From Phoronis australis (taxonomy: Eukaryota; Animalia; Phoronida), in contig NMRA01000321.1 of assembly GCA_002633005.1 (NCBI GenBank), forward strand, positions 49,311 through 113,310: DNA of 64,000 bases, in the 5' to 3' direction. How positions within the stretch are numbered: the first letter of the stretch is position 1; each line of letters starts with the position of its first letter. Below are positions 38,216 to 51,176 of the stretch, one piece after another. The notes beneath the pieces are model-generated. The model was not told where the DNA came from. It saw only the letters and a program-made list of their open reading frames with translations, and searched no databases. Made by a program: the position numbers and the translations under genes.

Positions 38216-41200
38216 GTGAGTTATTTTCGGAGTGTAGTTTATTCAGTTTCAGAGACTTTATGAGCGTAATCAGCCAATACAATTCGCCCGACGTCTTCGA
38301 CAAAGATGCTCGAATTCGTGTAATGTCACTATCTGGCCCGGCCGTAGCCGTACTCCCGTAGCCGTAGCCGTAGGCGTAGGAACGTTTTTTGGCACAAACC
38401 AATTCGACTTCGCCAAAGTTTTGACCAGCACCTTCCTATCACCACATCCCTGCCATTATCCGGATGTCACCTATTTCGCCCCCACACCTGATATAAGAGA
38501 GGGGGTGAGCAAACCCCCGGGAGGCAGTCATCAGGAGTTGAGAAACCGTGTTTCTACAAAATAATGAGGCCGGCCAGCGAGAGTTGGGCTGTCTTTCTCA
38601 AGTAAAGTGTAGCTCACGCCAACTGAAGGTGTAAAAATATGTATTGGAGTAGGGACGTGACAAAATTTTTTTTTTCTAAAGTTACCATTAATTTTGATGT
38701 CATTAGAAAGCTCTCAAGAGCTTTCCAAAAATATCTTTTTTTGCATTTGTACCTAAAATACTTCCAGAGATATTGCATTGTAATGATCGCTTTTGAAGCT
38801 ACCAATTCTCCTATTGTTTTAGCCCAAAACATGACGCATTTAATTAGTATTTTGTACAACATATAATCATAACTTCACCAGTTGTCAACCAATTTAAATG
38901 AAACTTTTTTGTTTGAAAGATAATAATGTATTTTAAACGGGCGGTAGGCCAAATCCGGCCACTGATTTTGAGTTTTCAGCTTATCAAAAATACATTCCAC
39001 ACTTAAAACTATCATTTAAAAAAGCACTTACTTTCATCATTGGTCCTTTCTACTTCTATACAATCTTTGATGAAGTTTAGTTGTGAGAATTAAGGTGACT
39101 TGCGAAGAATTCCAACTCCACTTTTTGGTTGACGTTAACTTTTTCACCACGTGCGCGATAACCACAAAGTATGTCAACTGAGTCACGTGAGTTAGGCAAA
39201 GGCTAGCGTGAGACTGAGCGAAGTGCGTGACGCTAGCGTGTGACACTTGCAAAATAGCATGAGAAGGTATCAGGTGAAATTTCCCAAGTCAATAAACAAT
39301 GCATTTGTTCTCATTTGAATTGTGAGTACCTTTTTGAACACTCTAGAAATCTCCGAAGTTCATCAATAACTTTGAGAGTTATTTCAGGTAGCAAACATCA
39401 TGTAGTGTACTTTATTATTTGGGGAACGGATCATAGGGACTTTCCCAGCTCTAGCCTGCAACTAAGTTAACTGAAACATCATCACTTCTCACAAGATTTG
39501 CTTCTAATAGTCAAAAACTCCGGACGGGCATTCGGCGGGAACTTTGGAGGCAAAGCATCCCATGGAGTGTGGGGGGGGGGCAGCCAAGAATTTTCCGGAT
39601 TTATTTACGTTCTAAGCGTGAATTTTGGTTCATTCTAGAGGTAGCTATTATGGTTTATGAGTAAAACTTGAACCCCAAAATTGCTGAGCTGCCAGTGCTT
39701 TGAGTTCCTTAATCTCTTTGAAATGTACTTTGTACACAGTTCGCAAAAAATCGTACCCTTGACAGTCTGTACGACTTACGAACAACTCCTAGTAATGATC
39801 TCCAGAAGATATATATTTTTATTATACTATGTGAAAAGCATGGACATTGTGTCGTCTTCCACTCATGAATTTGGCAGTGTCGTATTTATAGAGGGGCAAA
39901 GGGGCAATTACCCCAGGCGCCGCTCCGAATGAAGATCCTGTCTGAAAAAGGAGCCCTTAATATAAAAGGCTAAAATATCATTAAAAATAGAAAAGAGTGA
40001 CAGTTAATTCCGTCGTCGTGTGACCCTCAAACAAATGACTTTCTTTAACACAAAAGACTTCACAGGAACAGGAAAACAGAGGCAGTTGATTCCATCATTA
40101 GGCCCTTTCTCCATGAGCATACTCTTAAGTAATTAGTGATAAAAATTACTAAAAGGTTGGCTGCAGGGATGCCATCAACAGACCCCTTCAAGGGCTGCGC
40201 CCTTAATCATAAAAGATGTGTAATTTCAAAAAAAAACAGGAAATGAACAGCAATTAGTGCCATCTGATAGGTTCTCAATTTTCATCAAGTGATTCACTTT
40301 TTCGAGAAAAAACGAAAAACAGAGAGCAACAGATGACTCTATTATCCCCTGCCAGAAATGAGCCCCTGGATAAACATAGTTTTGCACTCTCCAAACTTCT
40401 TTTGAATTTAAAATCCAGTGAACTGATATGCTCTGCAAAAGCTCCTTTAAAAATTTCCTGAAATTTTTTGAAATTTATGTATGAATGCTTAAGTGTACAA
40501 TTTCAAATGCGTTTAGCTGCAAAAATGGGGCTCCCCAACCACAATGTTTTGGCCAGGGACCTCAAAGGATAAATCAAGCACAAAACATTCTCTTGAATTT
40601 CTCGTCTTGTTTCAATGTATTTCTTTTCTCAACAGCCCCCGGCACCATGCATATGGGGATTGTCAGACTGACGCTTCCTACAGCTCTCAATGGTGTAATG
40701 CTGAGGCTGCCAGCTGCAACTTAGTTGTGCAATCAGACAGGCCTACTTAGCAGTAGAGACGGTGATGCTGCCATAGGGCCTTCATACGCTGGAAGCATTT
40801 CGGCGTATGATGCCTCACACTGATTAAAACCCATCAAAGTCACGTTGCTATTAGTTGTGCATAGACGGACACCTTAGGAGGCCGTTGATGTCAATTACTT
40901 CCAGTTCCAACTAAGCTAAGCGCCGAGCGCTGAACTTCCTGAACATGTTATTTTTTATTATTAGATAACTGTTTATTTCATCTTATGAAACTGAACAAAT
41001 GTGAAATAATTACGGCCCGCAAATTGATAATATTACATGTCCACTGCAAAACGATTGATTTGTGTTGCAATCGGGTTTCTGGTAACAAATATGATGGATT
41101 CTATTCAAAATTTTTGGTAACCAAAAGCCACAAATACCAGGATTGTTTTTATGTTATATACATATGTGATTTCAGTTCAAAGTCTCTAATTCTATGAAAG

Positions 41201-41322
41201 GAGTTTGATTCCGTGAATTTCATCCCTTTTCCATTGTCTCCAAAAATCTCTACCCTTGTTTGAAAGTGAAACATTGCTTTGTATTGGCGATGCTATGAGT
41301 AAGATGGTACCTTGTCTTACAG

Positions 41323-41412
41323 AATCACCATACAGAAGGACACCAAGGTTCCAAACGCTGCTGTATTCACCGTCAACAAGGAGGATCACACACTCGGCAA
41401 CTCTCTAACGAC
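41323..41412 (+). CDS. POLR2J: RPB11 exon 2
   Basis: [29 protein letters not shown]; TTACAG acceptor, GTGAG donor; 90 nt. Confidence 0.96.
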
Positions 41413-42139
41413 GTGAGCAACCAGCGTGTGTTAATGTTTGTATGCATGCGTGCGTATGTGTATGGCATGCGAGGCAGTGAAGCCTTTAAGCTCATTGTTC
41501 ACTTGAAAGAATCAAGATGACCACTAAAGGGTGCACGTAGACGACTCCCGAAATGCATTGAAAACAGCAACTGCTCATGAGATTGCCTGTTGGGTAGTCA
41601 CTGTACAGCTGCATGGTACAGAAAAAATGTTTTTGTTGGTCTCTCTTTACCGTATATCTGGAGCACAGGCACACTTGAGATATCGTTAGTGTTTTTGGAT
41701 GAGTAATGATGCTTGTAAAATATTCAAATATAGCATTAAAGCTTAATGTCACGTCATTAGTCATTCGAGGATACAATAATTGTTTTTTGCGTGACTGGTG
41801 TGTGACATGGTAATTATAACTGTAAATGTCGAACATCCAATAAAGGGGCGGTGCAAGTGCTGTGACACAGCTGATCAATCACATGTTTTTTGACAATTTA
41901 AACTACAGTGTCAAGATTGAATTTATAAACTAGTAAGTACAGCTAGCGTCCATGTTTGACAATGACGTAAAGAGATCATACAATAATGCTCCTGGTTCCA
42001 GGTTTCAAGAGAATGAAATTATGGAATAAACATTCGAATGCATGGCTCCAGATAATTGCACATCATTACCTTGCTCCCTTCTAAAAGTCTTAGGTATGCC
42101 CTTGAACATTATTATCTGACCTATCTAGCTGTGGAATAG

Positions 42140-42349
<210 letters not shown>

Positions 42350-43814
42350 TAAACACTGTAGCTGGGAGCTGCTTGTTCACGCTGTCTACTCATTTGTTTC
42401 ACTTTATACTGTTGAGGTTAAAAACTTCATTTTTTTCACAGACGTATTTGTTCTTCTGTCTCAATGCTGTCGTGTTCTTGTCCTTCCTTTCAATTGAACC
42501 TGGTTACAACAAATCCTAATGGCTATACTGCCTTGGCCACTGAAGTTAACCCGCTGTGACAAGCAACTTAATGGGCCTGGTGTGTTTCAATGACAGTTCT
42601 TCTCAAGTCCAGAAATCATTTCTAACCTAAGTAAAGAACAAGATGAGACCGATGTGTTAACAGTGAGTGGCCTAAATCAAAAAAAGTTTTTTAACAGAAG
42701 GCGTAGGTTTACTGCTCCTGTATTAAGGTATGGTTTCACTACGCACCAGTTTTATTTCTACTCCAGAGGATACTCGTATACAAAGGGCAGTTGTTGGCTT
42801 CACGGTGATGTTTTGCTGTTTGTAGCCATCTAGCTCTCTGAATATGTGTATTCAGTTGTGGTGCTGCACCATGTATGGAAAATTGTGAGCCATATTTGGA
42901 AATCTTGAGCCATGCTTCAAAGCTCTGCGTTTGTCTAAAATCTCGAGCCCTGTTTGAAATGTCCAAGTTTTGTCAGCTTTTCAAGAAAGCGATTGAAATA
43001 GTGTTTTGTGTTGGTACTTATTTTTGTTCTTATGCAGTAAAAATGATAGTGACATGTGTAGCAAGTGAAAATATTGTACAACTGTTGTTTTTGTCATTCA
43101 ATGTTTCAAGATACACAAAGCCAAGCCTTCATCAGTGTTTCTGATGAATCATTCAAATTGGAAAAGTTATTAGGAAAACTAAAACCACATCCTGTTAAAT
43201 CTCATAATCGTGTGATTAGCACTGAGCATTGCGCTTAAAGTTAGATAATGGCTGCTGAGAACAGCTTTCAAAGGGTCAAGTAAACATCATAAAAATTCCT
43301 CAATTCAATAACAGCACAAACCTTATACTGTCTCATATTCATCAAGTAACACAGACTGTTGCAGTATTTAGATAGTTAGATAAGTCCATTGGGTTGGTTA
43401 ACCAGGTAACATACACACACCACATCTCTGTTCCCTAGTCTCATATAAAGACAGTTGAATCCCTGACCACCAAACACTCTTATGGAATCTTATTGAAACA
43501 TTCACTTGTCATCATGTGTATGTTGAAAGTTTGTATCTGTTGAACTGAAATTGGTTTCAAAAATTCGCCTGGAATTCTCACAAACATACTACTTTGGTGA
43601 CTGAAACTGACCCGCCATGACAAGCAAGTTAATAGGCCTGCTCTGACCCAATAATCATGTGATGTCAATTCTTCTAAGTTATATCTATTTTGATTAAGGA
43701 ACTAACTGAGACCAATTTTATAATAGTAAGTGGCCTAACTTAAAGGATGGTTTTGATAGGTGTGTTTATTAATTCCTTTTAGTTTATGTGATTCACATTT
43801 TTGCTTTATTTCAG

Positions 43815-43847
43815 GATGCTGTCCGGGAGAAGCAGGAAGGTGAATAA
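43815..43847 (+). CDS. POLR2J: RPB11 exon 4 (terminal)
   Basis: TTTCAG acceptor, then DAVREKQEGE*. Total CDS 351 nt = 116 aa. Confidence 0.92.
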   Translation, partial: DAVREKQEGE

Positions 43848-45965
43848 TTCAGAAGTGTTGATCTGTGAAGATTATCATGACATTGTCATACTGTCGATGG
43901 TCATTCATCAAAACTCATCATAACTTACCAGAGGCTTGATGCTTTGTGTGTACTACCTGGTCAGACACAGATCCAGGATTTTGAACAGGGGAGCTCGACA
44001 AGTGAAAAAACATAGGTGCTTGAGTTTCGTCCTTTATACAACACTGTAGAAGTGAACGAACAGGGGTCTGGACCCGCGCTCTGTATCTTCTCTCGCTATT
44101 GTCGGTGGTGTGGCTGTGACAAGTGATTCATTTGGATGACAGGCATTGGAATAACATGGAGAATTTCTATGTGAACCGTCTTGTCAACTGCAATGTTGTC
44201 AGGAGTATTTTGTTAAACGAAGCAAAAGTTGAAATATCTGACATGCTTGACAGTTTCATATTTCATAAAACTCATCCGAAACTTAATCTCATTTTCTCCT
44301 GCATTATTGTACATTTGGTATTTTGTAATTAAATTACAAACTAAATTTTAAACCGCTATTTTCATGTTAAATTCTTAATATGGTAAATTGATGTGTGTTG
44401 GTCATCCTGTTGATGACTCCTGTAGGAGGAGTCAAGGGTCATATATCATAGCCACTTCCCAGAATTCCATAGTGCCCTCTGACTGTCAGTGATATTTTCC
44501 CAAAATCTGTCGCATCTGTAGGGGTGTTGAGTCTCAGTGGGTATTTTTTTCATTCCGAAGATTTCTCGCCCAAGTGTATCATGTCTTCTGTTTACCAACA
44601 CAGCCCTGGTGAACTGATCTCCACAGGAGAACAAAAAATGATTCTCAACACTGGGTTATGGTTCTCACAAAAAAGACATTTACAGCTAGAGGGGATGTTA
44701 GGCCTGTTTGATGGTCAGATTATTTGGGACATAGTACGTGGGAGTACAAGAGTTCTAGGCAACATTGTGGTCAGTCACGACTTGTCAGTGCTGACTAAGC
44801 TGTAGAGAAGATTATAATTGCATATAATTAAAAACCTGTCAAAAGCAATTAGAACATTCGCCTCAATGTAATTAACCTTTTTAACTAAAATCATAACAAA
44901 TTCCAATTTTCAAGTGATGCTGTCTAGTCATGATTTACTTTGCCATTGTTACCGTGGGATATAGATTGTAATTGTTAGATGTGGAGTGAAGTATTGATTT
45001 TGTTAAAGTATCCGCTGGACTCTGGACATTTGTTGTGGCGTCATAAATTTCAAAAATTAAATTTGCGTTTTAGATGCAGACTGTGAGAGGTGAAATTTCA
45101 CTAGCAATAACAATTTGCCTCTAGACACTGCAACGCAAATACGAAGTAGCTACTTCAAATATGGGTGGGCCAAAAGTATTCAGACAAAATGACCGGGGAA
45201 TTGCGCGGTCATGACGGCTGGGTGGAAGCCGAATGCGTTGTCAGAGTAGTCTTCCCTCATGAGCCAGAATGAAAAGGTCCCTATTCCAGACTAACGTTTT
45301 TTACTTTTGTTGAACGCCAGACTCGTTCTTTTGTCGTATATCACGAGACAAACGCCAATTATCAAGCGCCCACCCAGTGGGGGGGGGGGGGNAGTCCGAG
45401 AAAACGAGACATAAGTCCACTAAAAAGGTGCAGACGCACAGTTCACAGACATGAAGGTGGTACCCCGTTTTTCTAGTCCTTTTTTGTTAGCAAAAGGTAC
45501 ACTTGTGTCAGAGATTCGAGCCGGCTCCCATATTAAAGGTTGGGTGCGCGCATGATTATCTACCACGCAGAATGAATACATTAATGTAAGCACGCATCGA
45601 CTCAAAATTTGTCAAAAAGTAAAAACCCATCCAGCGTTTTAGTTAGTTTTTATCCGTATTTTTTTTCGCGAAAGAGGGATTCTACCCTAATTTTTCACAA
45701 CCGAGGAATTCAAGTTCAAAGGCCAAACACGTTATAAAATACTACTTTCTATCCTTTACCATGGGCGGCGCAGCACTGCCGGAAGAAAGTGGGGGGTTAA
45801 AGCCCCCTCAACCCCCACTGTGGTGCACCGCCTATAGACCATGTGCGACCTAGCACTGAACAAAGTGGGGGGCCCATCCCCCTATGGTTCGTCGCCCATG
45901 TTTACATTTCAATTTATTTTAGCCACTATTTTATTGTCCTACATACATCGCTAACGCGATAATGC

Positions 45966-46146
45966 ATTGACCTATCGCCAGAATTTTGAGTGACGGCTTA
46001 ACTGACCATTTAGAACGCAGCATTATTGACACACCTTCAATTCCAATAAGCCGGCGTTTTTACCCGACAAACAACACCTTGCGGGTAAAAACTTATTGTT
46101 TATTAGTCGACATTACGCAGGGGGGCGGAGCTTGCGATAGGTCAAT
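45966..46146. mobile_element. ~180-bp MITE with ATTGACCTATCGC / GCGATAGGTCAAT termini (copy 1)
   Basis: TIRs visible; a second diverged copy lies at 51000-51176. Confidence 0.8.
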
Positions 46147-46779
46147 TGCTCTGTACGACACGTAGAAACTTAGGTCAGCTTTCGAGATATCAAGGGTGGA
46201 CAACGACACCTGTTGATGTTGAGAAGTATTCATTGTCCAACTACAACAACCACTGAACGGCTCGGTTTCGTAACTTGAAAGTTAGGTGGCTCAGCCATTC
46301 GGTATTTAGAATTATTAATAATTACTATCAGTATTTTTTGCTGTCAACAGGAAAACGGTATTTTGCCTACTTTTGTCGCGTCACTGTACGTCAAACGGGA
46401 AACTGTTGGGCGCTAAAGGTAATTCGAGGATAGGGCCACAGAAGATTTCCAGAGGAGGTTTTAATATATGTCGTGCGTGAAGCCGTTGGTAGAATGGCGT
46501 GGAATACAGTAGCTTTAATTTCTTTTATATAGTAACTAGTAGTCATTTAAAAATCAGCGCAACTAAGTAGATTTTCATGTTCATCGTTTCGCTTTCATCG
46601 CTAAAGCAAAAGACACTGAATAAACCGATGTACGCTAGCTCCAGTGTGCTTCCCGCGTATGACCGAAAGTCACACGTGCACCGGGTTCGGACAAGATTTG
46701 TGACTTTTACAACCTAAAACTTTTGAATAATGTTACCAGCATTCCGCTGCTTATTAATTCTTCTGTTTGAGCTAGTTTG

Positions 46780-46939
46780 CAGTGGTGGATTTAGAGGGGG
46801 GCCATATGCCACCCCCCTTAAAATTCTCCCATTCCATTTCTAGCAGGATCAGACTGGTGCGCCGAATGCCCTGACGGGCAAAATCCTGGCTAATCCTCTG
46901 CACTAGCCCCCCAAACTCAAAATCCTGGATCCGCCCCTG
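46780..46939. mobile_element. hAT-like MITE (CAGTGGTGGATTTAG ... CTGGATCCGCCCCTG)
   Basis: Imperfect TIRs starting CAG with G/C-run subtermini. Confidence 0.55.
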
Positions 46940-48464
46940 CGTTACCACACCCGACAGCAGGCAACGCTGAGTTGGACTGCATGTGGAGAATTTCTCGCTT
47001 ACACTAGTCACCGCTCAGATTCCCTTAGCCCCGCCAACTTTTACAATGCCTATTCAGCACGCCATTTGTGTTGATGTAGATCTGAGCTAATCAGTGGAAA
47101 GGTAATAGCTGGCATTACTGTCTCAACAATGGTTGTTGGTATTACCCACAATTTTCTTTTCTCTGACATTTGCAGAAATACAGCCTGTAGCTCTGGAGAG
47201 TGGTTTTAACTTGGTATATTATAAATATTACAAAATGACTAAAAAAGTTAACTTGTGTTTACCTTCACAAAGGGCCACTTCCCAAAAGGAACGATATGTT
47301 TCATTTTGCTTTTTGTTATTTAATTTTTAGTGCTTCTGCCCACTTGTTTTTTTTTCTTGCCGGAAACGGATTGATAACTTTTTATCTAAGTTTTAAACTT
47401 GAAGTACCAAAACAGTGGTAGATTTTGATCGCCAACGGAACTTATTTAGTTAAGTTCATTGTGAGTCCATCCCAGAACTTTCCATACTACAAGTACACTA
47501 AACATTTCACGTGTCATTAAAGTTTAATCTTTATTAGAACTCAAATTATAAAACATACACAAAAGTGCAAATATATGGTGATAACCAAACTGAATATTTG
47601 GAATCTCTGGACAATTTCGGTGGCACTGACTAGGCTATATAACAATTCTAGCTCTGTCAGTAATAAAAAATGAAAAGTGGGCACAAGTTAAGTACAACTC
47701 TTTAAAGATCAAAAATCTGGTTAAACGAGATTGAAAGAATATTAAAAATGAATCCATGTGATATTGTTAACTCTGATCAGCGTTTGTATATCCACTGAAT
47801 ATATCAATACGCGCGGTAGTTTATCTGCAATCGTAACCACGGGTTGTAGTTTTTAGATGATTAGTTCGTCGATTTTTAAAAATGGAAAACCTAGCTTAGG
47901 CCTACTTGGTTGTTTTTTCCAGCTATACCGCCGTGGTGTTTGTTTTTAACGAAAATTAGTGATTAATGCATTTTGAAAATTCGCCATTATGTACTTTCAG
48001 AGATGTTTAATGCAGTTTATAGTCTGGTAATTACACTTAATTGGGTCTTGCTCCATCGGGCAATGCGGTCATCACAACTGTACCTGACTCAGGCGCCGCG
48101 CTCTCCGATCCTGTTAAAAGCCTCTCAGAAGGACGAGCTGTGAAAATTCCCGCATATCTTTAGAAATGCGTGGTTTCCTTGTAAGTGTATTATTCACGGT
48201 ATGTGAATTTTGAGATACTATAGTAGATGAGCCAAGTCGGCGGTTGATCAGTGGCATCGTCATGCATGAGGACAAGTTTTACAATACACACGTTCGTCAC
48301 AGTATCGTCTTGAACAAATTCGATGCACCGTCATGACTTAAAAAAGGCCAGAAAAATCGTTTGCTGATGTTTGCCACAAAAGGAACGCAAGTCGTCACCG
48401 CGCGGTCTGGCTGGCTGCTGCTCAGTCGAGTCTCACCGCTAGCCGCTAGGGCAGGATGATTTCA

Positions 48465-48555
48465 GCATAATGACGTCATCAGAGGATTTCCCAAGCAGTC
48501 ACCTTGACCTTGGTCTTGGGTACGCCATTTTTAGTGAGACCGGTGAGAACTCTTG
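48465..48555 (+). promoter_or_regulatory. MGST3: Probable MGST3 promoter and non-coding exon 1
   Basis: CRE ATGACGTCAT 48470-48479, TGACCTTG 48505-48512, YY1-like CGCCATTTT 48523, donor TTG|GTAAG at 48555. The first coding exon has an acceptor (CCCAG, 49874) 6 nt before the ATG, so an upstream exon is expected. Confidence 0.6.
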
Positions 48556-49880
48556 GTAAGAAATTAATTTAGAGTGGTTGCGTCAGAATTTTTTCCTTTT
48601 AAATCTAAAATGGAATCCACCTGAAAACAGTTTATTGGAATTTACGATAAATGATCGTTTTTTTCTTAAGAAATTTCCGGGTGTGTTGTTTTCAAGAAAC
48701 ATTCAGCTGACTATTGTCGATCACTGGCTCACGCCAATCCCATTGGCATTGGCGCGGCATTGGCCATAGGCATAGGTTAGCCAGGCGGAACCGCGGAGGT
48801 CACGAAAAAATTTCATACCCTCAACTCGGCGTGGAGTTTGCTAGGGGCTGGGTTGAACCAGCTTTGGAGGCCTACTTCAGACGGTGGCACTGTTTAGCTA
48901 GGTTAGGCCACGTCAGGGTCACAGTTTTTTGTGCTCAAAGCCACCTGTGCTCGAACCGTCGAGTTGTCTGGGGAGACGAAAACCGTCGCCAGTACTCAAC
49001 AGCAACGCAAACAAAAGGCATGCAACTCAGGGCACTTCACAATGAGCACGGGAGTAGCAAAATGCTTGGTCACTGACTGTAGCAAATTATTTGCTGCAAT
49101 CGCGTAAATATTCAAGCCACTCAGATTCAACCTATTTTTGTTGTTAAATGAGATGGAACCCTTTATTTGTAATTTTCTTTATGAGCTATCTGACTTAATT
49201 GTTCAGGACACCACGGGACATTGGTGTTTAAACTCAGGTGGTGCAGACCAGTGAAAAATTCATCGACAAATCATCTTCCACAATCATGTGAAATGACCGT
49301 ATCTTGATTACACAATTGTAAGATTTGGATGGTGTAGGAATTTTGAGCTGATGAAATGACAAAACACAAAAAGCGTGTTTTTACCAGCTTTAGAAAATTT
49401 ACCCAATTTCTACATCACCCTCCAAAATAGGAGTTCCTAGTTTGTTCTTCACAATGCACGCCTAGTCTTACATCAGCAAGATTCCCAAACTTCGGTACTA
49501 AACAAGTGAGTGTATGAAGAACTAGACTGATTCATGGTGGCAGATCCTGTAAATTGCTTATTGACTCTTCAATGTAAGAATCATATTACAACTATAGGAA
49601 TTAACTGAGAGTGGCAGTAATTGGATCACTTCTTTTAAAATTCTTAAGATGAAATAAACGGTTATCTAGTTAGGATGGCATCCTGACAGTTACACTGTCC
49701 ACGGATAAGTGGGCTGTTGCCGCTGTTGATCACTCAAAACCCCCAGCACAAGAAGACTTCTCCATTTTCATCATTTTTGAGCAGTGGAGAACCCTGTAAC
49801 CATTTCATTTTCTTGTACAGTTGCAGTACTTGTTGAATGAGAACAACTCACTCCAATGCTTTGTTTTGTCCCAGGGAACA

Positions 49881-50018
49881 ATGGGAGCTGTGTCCAAATT
49901 TGCTGAAGTTTTGCCAGAAGGCTATGGCGGAGTGATCCTTACTGGAGTTGGCAGCGTGTTTGTCAATATGTGGCTTGCCATCAATGTGGGCAAAGCCAGG
50001 AGGCAGCATGAGGTCAAG
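49881..50018 (+). CDS. MGST3: Microsomal glutathione S-transferase 3 (MAPEG), coding exon 1
   Basis: MGAVSKFAEVLPEGYGGVILTGVGSVFVNMWLAINVGKARRQHEVK; GTAAGT donor. Confidence 0.95.
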
Positions 50019-50704
50019 GTAAGTCTGTCCTTTGCAGTACCTACCTGGTCAGCAAGGTAATGCTTTCCTAATAGTTGGATGTGTTCCCAGTCTTGTAACA
50101 ACTTCTCAGCAACAAACCTGATTAAACTTTTGAGAGAATGTTATAGTAATGTATTGTAGTAATGCTTAGGTCATAAAGACAAAATTTATCAACTGTATCG
50201 CTGTACATGTACAAATATGCTTTTCATTCATACACAACCAGAGCAGTTTCTAGTGAGAACACTGTTTCAAAGATTTTTTGGCCTCGCGTGTCTGCAGAAC
50301 ACACGCAGGTGAAATGTTGAGCTGTGTAGCTGCTTGAAAGTTGGATGTGCCGAGATCAGTGCAAGTGGGTAATGTAAGTTTCCTGCATCGATTTTTGAAA
50401 GGTCGTGAACTTTGCTTTCAAAATATTGATCTATGTCTTAAAAGTCCTGAGCCATGTTAACATTTTTAAGCCATGTTTTGTATAAAGGCCCAGTCTACGC
50501 CACTTTTGTTAGGATTGTTACGTGACGGGGCGGGCAGGGCTGTTGTAAAGCGACTCCAAGATCATGAAAATAGTCAGTCGTGTTTGTACTCTGTGTTACA
50601 TTTGGAAAATGTTCTTAAGTTTCTCTGCTTTGCATGTTGTGCAAAAACAAAAGATGAAATCATCTGTTATTGATTTCATCAGTTGGATGTCTGTTTACTT
50701 CCAG

Positions 50705-50769
50705 CTGCCCATTATGTATCACCCTACCAACATGGAGTTCAACTGTATCCAGAGGGCTCATCAGAACTA
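50705..50769 (+). CDS. MGST3: MGST3 coding exon 2
   Basis: LPIMYHPTNMEFNCIQRAHQN carries the MAPEG FNC.QRAHQN signature; TTCCAG/GTACGT ends. Confidence 0.96.
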
Positions 50770-50999
50770 GTACGTGTCTCTGTTTTAACCAATCTTTTTA
50801 CAATTGCTCCAAGGGTTGTCATCCACCTTGAAATTTGGNTGCTCCATAAACTATTGTCTGCGCGTATTTAGGTCCACGTGCATACATGCAGAGCTGCGCC
50901 TATATCAGGAATTAAGTGCATGCGTCTTTGTGCAAAACACTTGAATAAAATCAAGGAGCAAAATTTTGAAGTACCATGTGTGTAAATCTTGGCTTGTCT

Positions 51000-51176
51000 A
51001 TTGACCTATCACCAGGATTTTGAGTGACAGCTTAACTGACCAGTCAGGATGCAGCATTCTTGACATACCTTCATTTCCAAGGTTCCATTTTACCTGACAA
51101 GCAACACATTATTAGGTAAAACTTCTTGTTTGTTTGTCGACTTTAGGCAAGGGGGCGGAGCTTGCGATAGGTCAAT
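51000..51176. mobile_element. MITE copy 2 (family of 45966-46146), in an MGST3 intron
   Basis: Same termini and internal sequence. Confidence 0.8.
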